The translations under genes and the position numbers were made by a program. A stretch of DNA of 64,000 nt, from the NCBI GenBank assembly GCA_963667795.1, contig OY764017.1, positions 1,261,329 through 1,325,328 on the forward strand, given 5' to 3'. This DNA is from Christensenellaceae bacterium. Its GTDB lineage: Bacteria; Bacillota; Clostridia; Christensenellales; CAG-138. The notes under the pieces are model-generated. The model did not search any database, was not told the DNA's origin, and saw only the letters and a program-made list of their open reading frames with translations. Positions 34,364 through 44,497 of this stretch are shown in pieces (positions within the stretch are counted from its first letter, which is position 1; every line of letters starts with the position of its first letter).

Positions 34364-35023
34364 TTACTTCCAGGACATGTTGCCGGAGACTTTGTCGCGC
34401 TCACTTCTTTCCAATATCTCGATGAAGCGCTGCGTCACTCTGCGGGGTTCCGCGCTGTGCCAAACCGCGCCGCCGACACAAACGATATCCGGCTTTAGTT
34501 CGACAACAGGAAAAATATTGTCCAGGGTGAACCCGCCGTATGTCATCAGCTTCGTATGGTTCGTTGCGAGTTTTGCAATTTTCAGTTGGAGAGCGTCGCC
34601 AACGGGATAACGATTATGGTAAATATTTGGATTAAAGCCGATTACGTCGACGCCCAGTCGCTCAAGGCGAATCATCTGCGCAGAGCCATCCGTTTCGGCA
34701 TTCATCTTTGCAACGATCTTGCAGTTCAGCTTGTGTGCATATTCAATTTGCAATGTGAGCTCTTCGTCCGACGATTCGGCGTCCACCGTCACGTAGTTAG
34801 CACCCATATTGATCGGCGGGATGTTTCCGCTCAAATACATTGCGTTTTGATCCCAGAGGATCTCAAGGTCGGGATAGCGCTCGCGCACCTTGGGGATCAA
34901 CTGTGCGCCGAGATACCCACCGATATATCCAATTTCAACAATGTCGATCAGATCGTGCGTCTTATACAGCACGTCCCAGAACAGTTCCTCGTTTGTCATA
35001 TCCATACCAAGTTGAAATTTCAT
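34364..35023 (-). CDS. OMP-decarboxylase/HUMPS-fold protein (3-hexulose-6-P synthase / KGPDC-like), divergent active site
   Basis: 219 aa. MKFQLGMDM..., DIVEIG and VCVGGAV follow the HPS/KGPDC layout. The position of the DxKxxD signature reads DQNAMY. Confidence 0.45.
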   Translation of the reverse strand: MKFQLGMDMTNEELFWDVLYKTHDLIDIVEIGYIGGYLGAQLIPKVRERYPDLEILWDQNAMYLSGNIPPINMGANYVTVDAESSDEELTLQIEYAHKLNCKIVAKMNAETDGSAQMIRLERLGVDVIGFNPNIYHNRYPVGDALQLKIAKLATNHTKLMTYGGFTLDNIFPVVELKPDIVCVGGAVWHSAEPRRVTQRFIEILERSERDKVSGNMSWK

Positions 35024-35356
35024 AATTGCCTCCTAACTACATTAAGATATTCGAATTGCCCGCATCGTGTGGTAAGAGAGCGTTTAAATGCGTGATTTGA
35101 CTGTGTTGATCTTTATGCAGCATTCTTTATATATATTATAATATCAGAATATAGTAAATCCGGCTACAATAAACGCAATTTAAAACGTTTGATAAAAAAA
35201 CAACACGCTTGTTGATATCTGTTAAACGTCAAGCAAGATTTTTGCAGGAAGAATACTCCATGCCTTCTGTCCATATCATGTTAAGACAGTGTAAGAGCCT
35301 TGCCTTTTACATGCTGTTGTTATGAAGCATCGTCGCAGGAGTTTTTGAGGACCGCC

Positions 35357-35632
35357 ATGAAAACATTAGCTGTCTTTGACGACGAAAACTGTGATCCAAG
35401 TTGGAAAAAAATCGAACGTCGTGCCGCAAGAGCCGTTATTGTCCGTAACGGCGTCGTCGCTCTGGATGCTTGTGAGGCGGAGTTGAAATTCGCGCTGAAG
35501 TGGGTCGATGTGCAAGCCGCATATGACACCAACACGTGGTTTTGCGATCGCTATGAAACGAAATTTGTTTTGCGGGAAGCGCGCGTGCTGGGTTTGCTGC
35601 TGGGAATTTCCAAGTTGCCCGGCAAACGGTAG
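35357..35632 (+). pseudogene. Nudix hydrolase remnant (internal deletion of the Nudix box)
   Basis: 91 aa from ATG 35357. The N-terminus MKTLAVFDDENCDPSWKKIERRAARAVIVRNGVVAL and the C-terminus ELKFALKWVDVQAAYDTN...REARVL look like the two ends of a Nudix protein of about 170 aa. No GX5EX7REUXEEXGU box is present. Confidence 0.45.
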
Positions 35633-35718
35633 AACTCTCCCGTATTTCTCTTGTCAAAAAGAGCAGTCGCCACTTCCGGCAACCGCTCTTTTACACATTT
35701 TTCGATCTTGTTTGTTAT

Positions 35719-36708
35719 TTAAGCGTGGGCAGACAAAAACTGCACCAGCCGCTTCATGGCTTCGCTTGCTTCATCCAGCTTAAAGTTGCGCTGGTATTCA
35801 TGCCAGAGTTTTGCTTGATCGGACGTTGGCAGATAGTCTGTCACATCGATCCCGTTTGCATGCAACACGTCCAGCATTTCATTTGCCTGTGTGATAAACG
35901 GGTCTTCGTCTCCGCAGGTGATGAACACCGCAGGATAGTCCCTTGTCACGAACGCAACTGTGTTCAAGCGCTGTGCCGCGGGCGTGCCTTCATAATGCTT
36001 TTCGCCGGTCATCATCCAAACCGAATCCGCAATCAGCGGAAATCCGGTAGCGCGGAGCGTGTCTATATTATAGTATCCGCAGAGCAGGACCACTCCGCGG
36101 AGCTGTTCGGCAGTCATGGCGGGTTCGTCGCCGATTCCGGCACAAAATTCCGTGTTTGTGTAGTATAGTCCCATCTGCGATGCAAGATGTCCGCCCGCGC
36201 TGTCCCCCGCAATGAACACGTTTGCCGGGTCGATCCCATACTCGTCCGCACGTGCAAGCAGATACGAAATCGCCTCGTTCACTTGTATCATCTGCGTGGG
36301 ATATCGTCCCTCCGGTGCAAGCTCATAATTGATGCTGGCAACGACGAACCCGTATGACGCGAGCTTTTGGCAATAGTACGTGAAGTCTTCCTTGTCGTCG
36401 CCCACGTAATACCCGCCGTGTGCATACAAAACAAGCGGCTGCACTTCTTCGGATTGTTTTGCGTAAACGTCCATCACGCCATTGTCAAACCGGCTTTCAT
36501 AGGAAACGTCCGTGTCCAGCGTGTCGACAATGGCCAGCACGTCCGCATAGTCCTCCGGCTGAATGCCCGCATTACCCGCACAGATGATTCGTATGATCGT
36601 CTTCTGCAAAATCGTCGTGCTCGACCAGGTAACGGCCGCGCCCGCCGCCAGCACAAGCACCACGGCAAGAATGATGAACCAAACACGTTTATAAACCGGT
36701 TTTTTCAT
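35719..36708 (-). CDS. membrane-anchored alpha/beta hydrolase (esterase/lipase)
   Basis: Track ORF 35719..36717. Start at ATG 36708 (MKKPVYKR). N-terminal TM helix, oxyanion motif YAHGGYY and nucleophile GDSAGGH. Confidence 0.75.
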   Translation of the reverse strand: MKKPVYKRVWFIILAVVLVLAAGAAVTWSSTTILQKTIIRIICAGNAGIQPEDYADVLAIVDTLDTDVSYESRFDNGVMDVYAKQSEEVQPLVLYAHGGYYVGDDKEDFTYYCQKLASYGFVVASINYELAPEGRYPTQMIQVNEAISYLLARADEYGIDPANVFIAGDSAGGHLASQMGLYYTNTEFCAGIGDEPAMTAEQLRGVVLLCGYYNIDTLRATGFPLIADSVWMMTGEKHYEGTPAAQRLNTVAFVTRDYPAVFITCGDEDPFITQANEMLDVLHANGIDVTDYLPTSDQAKLWHEYQRNFKLDEASEAMKRLVQFLSAHA

Positions 36709-36923
36709 TGTGTACACTCCGTTGTTCTATATTTTTATGAAATTGTTTTAACGGGATTTTTTGTATCGCTTTCATTCCATCCACTTCCCTTTCATCATAA
36801 AAGCGAATCCGTCCAAAGTCAACGTACCGTAATTGTGTTTCTCCACTGCGTTTGATATACTGCGCTCATAATTGCAATTCGGTCGTTTCCGGGTTTCCCG
36901 GCGGCCGTGGGAGGGATTTTGCG

Positions 36924-38045
36924 ATGAAAGTTGTTTCGGTCCGCGGTAAAAAAAAGATGCGTGATTTTGTGCACGTACCCGAGATCATCCACGGGGATCA
37001 TCCCTGCTATGTCCCGCCCATTTGGATGGACGAACGGTCGGCTTATACGGGTAAAAAGAACCCAATCTTAAAAAATTCCGATTTCGAGCTCTTCCTTGTG
37101 CTAAACGACGCGGGCAAACCGGTCGGCCGGACCATTGCATATATCGATTTTACGTTTAACCGTTTTTACGGTACGCACATCGGCTTTTTCGGCGCGTTCG
37201 AATGCATTGACAACGCCGAGGCGGCGCAAATGCTGATCGATTCGGCGGAAGGTTGGCTGCGTGCGCGCGGCATGCGCGCTGTGCGCGGGCCGATTCATCC
37301 CGTTGCGGAAAACTGGGGTTTCGTTTTAAAGGGATACGACACTCCGCCCATCTACATGTCGCCATGGAACCCGCCATACTATCATGCGTTTTTCACCGGG
37401 TCTGGCTACGAAAAGGTGAAGGATTTGCTTGTTTACGAGGCGGATATGGCAAACGGTTATGTGCTGCCGTCGCGATACGACGACTTTGAGCAGCGTTTTT
37501 TGGCGCGCTATCCCGGCATGTCAATTCGCCGGATCGACATGCGCCACATTCGCGACGACGCCCGTGCCATCTGGGAAATATCAAATCTTTCACTTGCAGA
37601 TAACTGGGGGTTTGTTCCGCTTGAACTGCCCGTTATGGAAGACATGCTGAAAAAACTCAGGCTGGTCGTCGATCCCGACGCGGTTTGGATGGTGGAAAAC
37701 GAAGGCAAGCCGGTCGGTTTCTGCCTCGGCTTTCCGGACGTCAACATCTTGCTGCGCCGCATCCATGGTCGCCTGCTGCCATTCGGTTGGGTGCGATTGC
37801 TGCTTGGCGTAAGAAAGCTGCGCGATTATCGGCTGTTCGGTCTTGCCGTGCATCCGGACTGGCGCGGGCGTGCGCTCGACGCGCTGATGTATATCCACCT
37901 GTATCAAAATCTAAAGAAAAAACGGGTGCGCATGGAAGCCAACTATATTTTGGAAGACAATCCGTATATCAAAAATGCGCTGGAGCGACTCGGCATGCAG
38001 CACTGTAAAACGTATCGCATCTATGAAAAACCGCTGAACGCATAA
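36924..38045 (+). CDS. GNAT-like N-acyltransferase family protein (uncharacterised family of about 375 aa)
   Basis: Track ORF 36852..38045. ATG 36924 has a GGGAGGG RBS. DFVHVPEIIHGDHPCYVPPIWMDE matches my recollection of this family. Confidence 0.5.
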   Translation: MKVVSVRGKKKMRDFVHVPEIIHGDHPCYVPPIWMDERSAYTGKKNPILKNSDFELFLVLNDAGKPVGRTIAYIDFTFNRFYGTHIGFFGAFECIDNAEAAQMLIDSAEGWLRARGMRAVRGPIHPVAENWGFVLKGYDTPPIYMSPWNPPYYHAFFTGSGYEKVKDLLVYEADMANGYVLPSRYDDFEQRFLARYPGMSIRRIDMRHIRDDARAIWEISNLSLADNWGFVPLELPVMEDMLKKLRLVVDPDAVWMVENEGKPVGFCLGFPDVNILLRRIHGRLLPFGWVRLLLGVRKLRDYRLFGLAVHPDWRGRALDALMYIHLYQNLKKKRVRMEANYILEDNPYIKNALERLGMQHCKTYRIYEKPLNA

Positions 38046-38159
38046 AGAGTAAAAGACGGTCGCCAAAGCACGCGGCCGCTTCTTGTCTCTCAAAAAGAAA
38101 CCGAATGTGTTAAACTAGAGTGTGCGTCTGAAAGCACACATACGGAACGAGGTTCATAG

Positions 38160-39350
38160 ATGGAGCGCACGATACTGCATTGCGATTGTAATTCCTATTT
38201 TGCTTCGGTGGAGTCGATCGACCATCCGGAGCTGAAAAGCGTGCCGATGGCGGTCTGCGGTGATCCGGACAGCCGCCACGGGATCATCCTTGCAAAAAAT
38301 GAGCTTGCCAAACACTATGGTATCAAGACCGCTGAAACCATTTGGCAGGCAAAGAAAAAATGTCCGCATTTAACGCTCGTCAGCTCGCATCACCACAAGT
38401 ATCAGGAATACTCCGAACTGATCAATCAAATCTATGAACAATACACAGACCTGGTGGAGCCGTTCAGCATCGACGAATCCTGGCTGGACGTCACGGGGAC
38501 GCTGCACAAGTTTGGCACCGGAAAGGAAATCGCCGACACACTGCGCCGCCGCGTTCACGAGGAGATCGGCGTCACAATCTCCGTTGGCGTTTCGTTCAAC
38601 AAAATCTTCGCAAAGCTGGGCAGCGACTATAAAAAGCCGGATGCGACAACCGTGATCACGCGGGAAAATTTCCAGTCGATCCTTTGGCCACTCCCGGCAA
38701 CGGACATGCTGTTTGTCGGCAGCGCGTCCGCAGAGCGGCTGGCAAACGTCGGTATAGAGACCATCGGCGCAATCGCAAATGCCGGACGCGAACAGATGAA
38801 AGCGATCCTCGGACGCAGTGGCGAAATCATCTGGGATTATTCCATGGGTCTGGACGCAAGCCCGGTCAAAAGCCGCCGCGACATGGAGCAGCCCAAGAGT
38901 ATCGGGCACAGCATCACCTTTCCGCATGATTTACAAGGACGACAGGAAATCTGCGCGGGCTTGCTTGCGCTTTGTGATCAGGTCGGCTCCCGTCTTCGCA
39001 AGCACGGGTTGTATTGCTCCACCGTTCAAATTCAGATTCGGGACCCATATCTGCGCACGATCTCACGCCAACAAAAACTTGCAGCGCCCACAAACGTTAC
39101 AAAGGTGATCTACGACGCGGCGGTCGCCATTGCGGAAAAATCCTGGGCAATGTCCGCGCCGGTGCGGTTGCTGTCGGTTACCGGAACAAGCCTGACCGAA
39201 AACTGTGCCGAGCAGATGACGCTGATTGGCGACACCACGGAAGAAAAGCTGAAAGGTGCAAAGCTGGATCACGCCATGGACAGCATCCGCTCACGCTTTG
39301 GTAAAGATGCAATTTCCTACGGCAGACTGATGAAAAAACCAAAGGACTGA
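38160..39350 (+). CDS. dinB: DNA polymerase IV (Y-family)
   Basis: 396 aa. ILHCDCNSYFASVE, SIDESWLDVTG and SVGVSFNKIFAKLGSDYKKPD. Confidence 0.9.
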   Translation: MERTILHCDCNSYFASVESIDHPELKSVPMAVCGDPDSRHGIILAKNELAKHYGIKTAETIWQAKKKCPHLTLVSSHHHKYQEYSELINQIYEQYTDLVEPFSIDESWLDVTGTLHKFGTGKEIADTLRRRVHEEIGVTISVGVSFNKIFAKLGSDYKKPDATTVITRENFQSILWPLPATDMLFVGSASAERLANVGIETIGAIANAGREQMKAILGRSGEIIWDYSMGLDASPVKSRRDMEQPKSIGHSITFPHDLQGRQEICAGLLALCDQVGSRLRKHGLYCSTVQIQIRDPYLRTISRQQKLAAPTNVTKVIYDAAVAIAEKSWAMSAPVRLLSVTGTSLTENCAEQMTLIGDTTEEKLKGAKLDHAMDSIRSRFGKDAISYGRLMKKPKD

Positions 39351-39524
39351 TGTGAGCGGATCAAAACTGAATTGCAAAGCCAAAATTTGCATGTTATATT
39401 TGTTTTCATCAAGCATATCGTTCATATGGCAACACAAACGAACCATATCGCCGCCTTTTTCGCCGAGCCGAATTTCGGCGGTTTATGCAATACATCGCAA
39501 TATAAATCAATTCGAATCAGGGGG

Positions 39525-40148
39525 GTGCTGACCATACTAGAATTTTTATTACCGTTCATTCTCGGCTATCTCGTCGGTTGTTTCAACCCCGCGTGGATTT
39601 TTTCAAAACTGAAAAAGGTGGAGCTGCGCCGTAAGGGCACCAATAATCTTGGCGCCACCAACGTGTTTTTAACGCTTGGCAAACGCATCGGCATTTTCGT
39701 TATGATTATCGATATCGGCAAGGCGTTTTTCGTCATACGTGTAGCATCCACGCTGTTTCCGGATGTGGCGCTTGCGGGCGCGATTGCCGGAAGCGCTGCC
39801 ATCCTTGGACATATGTTCCCCTTTTATCTCAAGTTCCGTGGTGGAAAAGGCTCCGCCTGTTTGGGCGGTGCGGTGCTGGGTCTGGACTGGCGGCTGTTTC
39901 TCGCGCTGTTGCTGGCCGGTATCCTCATTGCGATCATCAGCGATTATGCGTGGGCAGTTCCGGTTTCCGCGGCGGGGCTTTTCCCGTTCGCATACGGCGT
40001 CAGCACGCAAAGCTACCTGAATTTTGCCCTCTTTCTTTTCTGCGGCGCCTGCATCATATTCAAGCACAAGGAAAACTTTCGCCGCGCACGCAACGGCACA
40101 GAACCAACGCTCCGCGAATATTTAGCAAAACAACGAGGCAAGGCTTGA
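39525..40148 (+). CDS. plsY: glycerol-3-phosphate acyltransferase PlsY; start uncertain
   Basis: Track ORF 39372..40148. A hairpin (CGCCGA...TCGGCG, about 39461..39482) lies inside the 5' extension, so the true start is later. GTG 39525 is the nearest candidate. Motifs GTNNLGATNV and GHMFPFYLKFRGGKG. Confidence 0.75.
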   Translation: MLTILEFLLPFILGYLVGCFNPAWIFSKLKKVELRRKGTNNLGATNVFLTLGKRIGIFVMIIDIGKAFFVIRVASTLFPDVALAGAIAGSAAILGHMFPFYLKFRGGKGSACLGGAVLGLDWRLFLALLLAGILIAIISDYAWAVPVSAAGLFPFAYGVSTQSYLNFALFLFCGACIIFKHKENFRRARNGTEPTLREYLAKQRGKA

Positions 40149-40265
40149 CGTTCACCATTTTCGTCCGCATACACTTGAAAAATCTTGCCAAGTAAAGAAA
40201 GCGCCACCGAACGAACTATAAAAGTTCCGTCCGTGTGGCGTTATTTTTTATACCTGTTGCGAGAC

Positions 40266-41576
40266 TTATAAACGCTCGGATGCTCTGCGGTCATGCGGTT
40301 GCCAAGGGCGATCGATTTGCCGCGCAAACTTGGCGGCAACGACCGGCGGAGTCATGTCCGAATACAGTCTGCGCACCTCTTCAAAATCGACCGAATCTTC
40401 CTTGTGTTTCAGGGAGAATTCCACAAACCGTTGTGTATCGTCCGGATCGGGCGTTTCTTTTTCGCGTATGTTGAGCGTCAGCGGATACGGACCCAGATAG
40501 CGTTTCGCCGTGTCGTTTTCCAGCGGATGGACATTAACAATCGGCCTGCCCGCGGAAATATAGTCGAAAATCTTGCTCGGCGTTTGGTTGGTGCAGCGAT
40601 TGCCGAGGTTGATCAGCACGTCCGCCCAACACATCATGTTGAGGCACTCTCCCAAAGGCGCGCCGTCATACCAGTGAATATTCGGGTTCGTGTCCACATA
40701 TTGCTGCTTCAGCGCACGGTTTGCGCCATCGATATAGTTACAGACGATGTGAAACTGAAACCGGTCATCACATGCTTGTATCATTTGATAAAAATATGCC
40801 GGGTTGCGCACCGTGCTGCTAAAAAGGCTGCCGGTATAAACGCAGTTCATCTTTCCCTCTATGAAGCACGCCGGACGTTCTCCCTGAGGAAGCGGACGGA
40901 GGTTGGCAAACGCCACGGGGATCGTCTTTTTCCGGTACTTATCCAGTGGATGGCTCATATTGTCTTCATACAACTCCGGCGGCAAAAAGACGGCGTCCGC
41001 CATGCGGTAAATATCCATCTCCTTTTCCATCAGCGCTTCATATTGATCTGTGAGGCCGATGAACGTCGCGTGCGGATCGGTAAAATATGCAAACCAGGAC
41101 AATTCGTTCAGCAGTCCGGCTTCCGCCAGCGCAAGTGCGTCCCGCTGCGGTATGATGGGCGCAGAAGCCGTTATTAGTGCCTTGTAGCGCTCGCCCGCAA
41201 GGCGCTGCACCAGCGCTTCTCGAACCGGGTATTCCGTCAAAATCCGTTCCAGTCGAGACCTTGTAAACAGCGCATGCATCAATCGCCAAACGGTTCGTTT
41301 CAGCGGCGCAAGCGGCGCTTTGACGTTTTCGATACTGTTGTCCATAATGCCAAACATTTTTCGGACAAAACGTTCCAACAGTTTACGCCTAAACCGATAC
41401 ACCCGCATGCCTTCATAACATTCCATCGCGGGCAGGTTCCGCTGGTAATCACATGTGAAAACATCTACGTCGTATGTCTTGCACAACTCCTTCAAAACGG
41501 GCTTTAACACATTTGTGTTGGCATTTTCATGGGGGTGAAAAAAATACGAATATACCAGTATTTTTTCTTTATTCAT
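40266..41576 (-). CDS. GT-B-fold glycosyltransferase-like protein
   Basis: Track ORF 40266..41684. Start at MMNKEKILVYSYF (ATG 41579/41576) after AGGAGA. The C-terminal SKIFDYISAGRPIVNV resembles the GT1/GT4 donor-binding region. Confidence 0.5.
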   Translation of the reverse strand: MNKEKILVYSYFFHPHENANTNVLKPVLKELCKTYDVDVFTCDYQRNLPAMECYEGMRVYRFRRKLLERFVRKMFGIMDNSIENVKAPLAPLKRTVWRLMHALFTRSRLERILTEYPVREALVQRLAGERYKALITASAPIIPQRDALALAEAGLLNELSWFAYFTDPHATFIGLTDQYEALMEKEMDIYRMADAVFLPPELYEDNMSHPLDKYRKKTIPVAFANLRPLPQGERPACFIEGKMNCVYTGSLFSSTVRNPAYFYQMIQACDDRFQFHIVCNYIDGANRALKQQYVDTNPNIHWYDGAPLGECLNMMCWADVLINLGNRCTNQTPSKIFDYISAGRPIVNVHPLENDTAKRYLGPYPLTLNIREKETPDPDDTQRFVEFSLKHKEDSVDFEEVRRLYSDMTPPVVAAKFARQIDRPWQPHDRRASERL

Positions 41577-41814
41577 CATTTCTCCTGTTGCTCCAGGTCT
41601 GATTACAAGACAACGCGTCCATGGTCCGGAGCACGATTTGAACGGATATTCAACATACTCTCTCCGCGCAGTTACGCTTGTCATACGAGAAATCCATGCC
41701 GATTATCAAGGTTTAGTATATCGATCATAATAAGAAAATGCAACAATGCATGATGCATGCGCCTTTGTAAGGTTAATTGTGTGTGCTGCAAAACAAAACG
41801 CTGTATCGGGGGAA

Positions 41815-41852
41815 TTTAAAAAGACCGGCGAACATATCGCGTTCACCGGCCT
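41815..41852 (-). terminator. intrinsic terminator of the ABC-araA operon
   Basis: On the minus strand, the GGCCGGTGAAC...GTTCGCCGGTC stem is followed by TTTTTAAATT. Confidence 0.7.
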
Positions 41853-41913
41853 TCTTTTACTTATATTCTTCTTTTGGTGTTTTGTTGTCGTAAGAAACGA
41901 ACAATGCTAGACG

Positions 41914-43350
41914 TCAGTTTTTCAGTTCTGCCTGCAGTTTGTTCAAATCCGTCGAGTCGTCAATGGCGACCATCTCCGTTCCCGTCAGCTTTGCAAACAG
42001 GCGGATGTCATCCATGCTCAGCGCCGTGCTCACAACGGTGTGGTGTCCGCCGCCGGCATAGAGCCAAGCCGCAGCGCCGGTCTTAAAGTCCGGTTTCAGC
42101 TTCCACATAATACGTGCGACCGGCAGATTCGGCATAGGCCTGGGCTGCGCAACCAGCTCGATAGCCGCCGCGATCAGTCGGAAGTGGTCTCCCAAATCCG
42201 TCATGCATACGGCAATTCCTTCGCCCTGCACGCCATCGAACACCAGCCGCGCCGGTGCTTCTTTACCGCCGATGCCAAGTGGATGTACCTCTACCTTCGG
42301 TTTCGATGCGGCAAACGCAGGCGACACCTCAAGCATGTGTGCGCCAAGCACGAGTCCGTCTGTGAAATCGTAGGTGTAGTCCTCCATAAATCCGGTCGCG
42401 CCGTTGCGTCCTTCGGCCATCCTGTTGAGCACCGCGTTGAGTGCCGCGGTCTTATAGTCGCCTTCCGCGCCAAAGCCGTACTGTTTTGCCATCATGCGCT
42501 GGGTTGCAAGCCCCGGAAGTTGTTTCAGCCCGTGCAGATCCTGAAAAGTGTCCGTGTACGCGCCGAATCCGCCGTCGACCAAAAACTGTTCCAACGCGAT
42601 TTCATAGGCCGCCTGCTCACGTATCGCCTGCGGCGCGCTCATGTCCATTTCATACGCCGCGGCATATTCCGCCATCTTTGCGTCAATCTCACTGTCGTTC
42701 ATCGCTTTAATGCGCGCGGCAAGGTCGCCAATGCCGTAATAGTTTACTTCCCAACCGTAACGAATCTGGCTTTCTACGCGGTCGCCGTCCGTCACCGCTA
42801 CCTCACGCATATTGCTGCCAAACATCGCTACCTTCAGTTTTTTTGAAAATGCGATGGCTTTTGCAACCTGTGCAAACCGGCGAATCCGGGACAGTACGTC
42901 CGCATCCTGATAGAACCCGACTGCTACCTCGTGCGGAATACCGAGTCGCGATACGATGAACCCGAACTCGCGGTCGCCGTGCGCACTCTGGTTGAGGTTC
43001 ATAAAGTCCATATCGATCGTATCGTAGGGCAAACGCTCGTTAGCCTGTGTATGCAAGTGCAGCATGGGCTTGGTCAGCAGCTGCAGTCCTTTGATCCACA
43101 TCTTCGCGGGCGAAAACGTATGCATCCATGTGACCACGCCTACACATGCGTCGTCCGAGGACGCCTCGCGGCAAACGCGGATGATCTCCTCGGAATTCCG
43201 CACCGTCGGCTTCCATTCGATGGCTATCGTGCCCTGTAACTTTTTGTCCAGATAGGCGGCAATTTCTTTGCTGTCCAGCGCAACCTGTTCCAGGGTCTTC
43301 TCGCCGTACAGGTCCTGACTGCCCGTAATGAAATACAGTTTTTCCATCAT
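41914..43350 (-). CDS. araA: L-arabinose isomerase
   Basis: 478 aa. N-terminal LYFITGSQDLYGEKTL and overall AraA layout. Confidence 0.85.
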   Translation of the reverse strand: MMEKLYFITGSQDLYGEKTLEQVALDSKEIAAYLDKKLQGTIAIEWKPTVRNSEEIIRVCREASSDDACVGVVTWMHTFSPAKMWIKGLQLLTKPMLHLHTQANERLPYDTIDMDFMNLNQSAHGDREFGFIVSRLGIPHEVAVGFYQDADVLSRIRRFAQVAKAIAFSKKLKVAMFGSNMREVAVTDGDRVESQIRYGWEVNYYGIGDLAARIKAMNDSEIDAKMAEYAAAYEMDMSAPQAIREQAAYEIALEQFLVDGGFGAYTDTFQDLHGLKQLPGLATQRMMAKQYGFGAEGDYKTAALNAVLNRMAEGRNGATGFMEDYTYDFTDGLVLGAHMLEVSPAFAASKPKVEVHPLGIGGKEAPARLVFDGVQGEGIAVCMTDLGDHFRLIAAAIELVAQPRPMPNLPVARIMWKLKPDFKTGAAAWLYAGGGHHTVVSTALSMDDIRLFAKLTGTEMVAIDDSTDLNKLQAELKN

Positions 43351-43386
43351 CGTTTTTCTCCTGCCATGATTATTTGAAAGGATTGC

Positions 43387-44496
43387 TTAATCCGTTCCGT
43401 CCTTTTTGTCCTTCATTTTCAGCCATCTCGGCAGGCGAATTTTAAAGTCGCCTTTCTCGCGGATGGATAGAATGATGCTCTGCAACAGAATGAAGAAGCA
43501 CAACATCAATCCGGTTGTAATGCTCTGCCAGTACGGCTCGCGCAGGCCGGACGCAATGACGATATTGCTGATGGTCTTGAGTGAAAGCACCCCGAAAAGC
43601 GTTCCGACCACGTTACCGACGCCACCGGTCAACAGCGTGCCACCGATGATTGACGACGCGATCGCCTGCATCTCCGATGCGGAAGCGTTGGACGCATTGC
43701 CCGCCCCCGTGTGCAGCAGGTAGACATAACCTCCGATGCCGGAGAGCACCCCGCAGAGCAGATAGGCGTAGAATTTTGTGCGCTTCACGTTGATGCCAAG
43801 CATCAGTGCGCTCTGGTGATTTCCGCCAATGGCGTAGAGGTTTCGGCCAAAGCGCGTCCACCGCAGCACCACGAATATCACAAGCACTACCGCCAGCGCA
43901 ACGGCAACGCCACCCTCGATTTTTGCCGGAATAAAGTTGCCCGCCTTTCCGTAAGAACCGATATTTTGCAAAACGAAGCGGAACTGCTTAAGCGCTAGGA
44001 AGGACGCTTGCTGCGCCGTCCGCGGCGCGGCGCTGACAATGGTCGTCATGCCTTTTCCAAAGAACATGCCCGCCAGCGTAACGATGAACGGCTGAATTTC
44101 CAAATAGGAGATCAAAAATCCCTGAATCAGGCCAAACGCCGTGCCGATGCCAAGCGCAAGCAAGATCGAGCCGAGTAGCGTCCCGTTTTGTCCGTCCAGA
44201 TATACGACGCAGGCCATCGTCACCAGCACCGTAATGCCGCCGACCGAGATATCAATACCGCCTGCGATCATAACGATGGTCAATCCGCAGGAGAGCACGA
44301 TGAGATACGCGTTGTTGTTGAATATATCCAGAAACTGCTGCGGATTTAAAAAGCCACCGCCCCAAACAAGCATGGCAAGAATATACATGCCAAAGAAGGT
44401 GATAATTGTAATAGCGAGGAGCAAATTGGTGTTGGAAATCGGCTCCCTGCGTTTTTTCTCCGGTGTCCCGGCAATCATATCTTTTTTACGTGTCAT
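43387..44496 (-). CDS. sugar ABC transporter permease (CUT2, YjfF/AraH-like)
   Basis: 369 aa, polytopic. Confidence 0.8.
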   Translation of the reverse strand: MTRKKDMIAGTPEKKRREPISNTNLLLAITIITFFGMYILAMLVWGGGFLNPQQFLDIFNNNAYLIVLSCGLTIVMIAGGIDISVGGITVLVTMACVVYLDGQNGTLLGSILLALGIGTAFGLIQGFLISYLEIQPFIVTLAGMFFGKGMTTIVSAAPRTAQQASFLALKQFRFVLQNIGSYGKAGNFIPAKIEGGVAVALAVVLVIFVVLRWTRFGRNLYAIGGNHQSALMLGINVKRTKFYAYLLCGVLSGIGGYVYLLHTGAGNASNASASEMQAIASSIIGGTLLTGGVGNVVGTLFGVLSLKTISNIVIASGLREPYWQSITTGLMLCFFILLQSIILSIREKGDFKIRLPRWLKMKDKKDGTD

Positions 44497-44497
44497 A

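Noticed and set aside
40293-41177. A 294-aa plus-strand ORF opposite the glycosyltransferase-like gene
   Set aside because: It is a shadow ORF with low-complexity basic sequence and no RBS.
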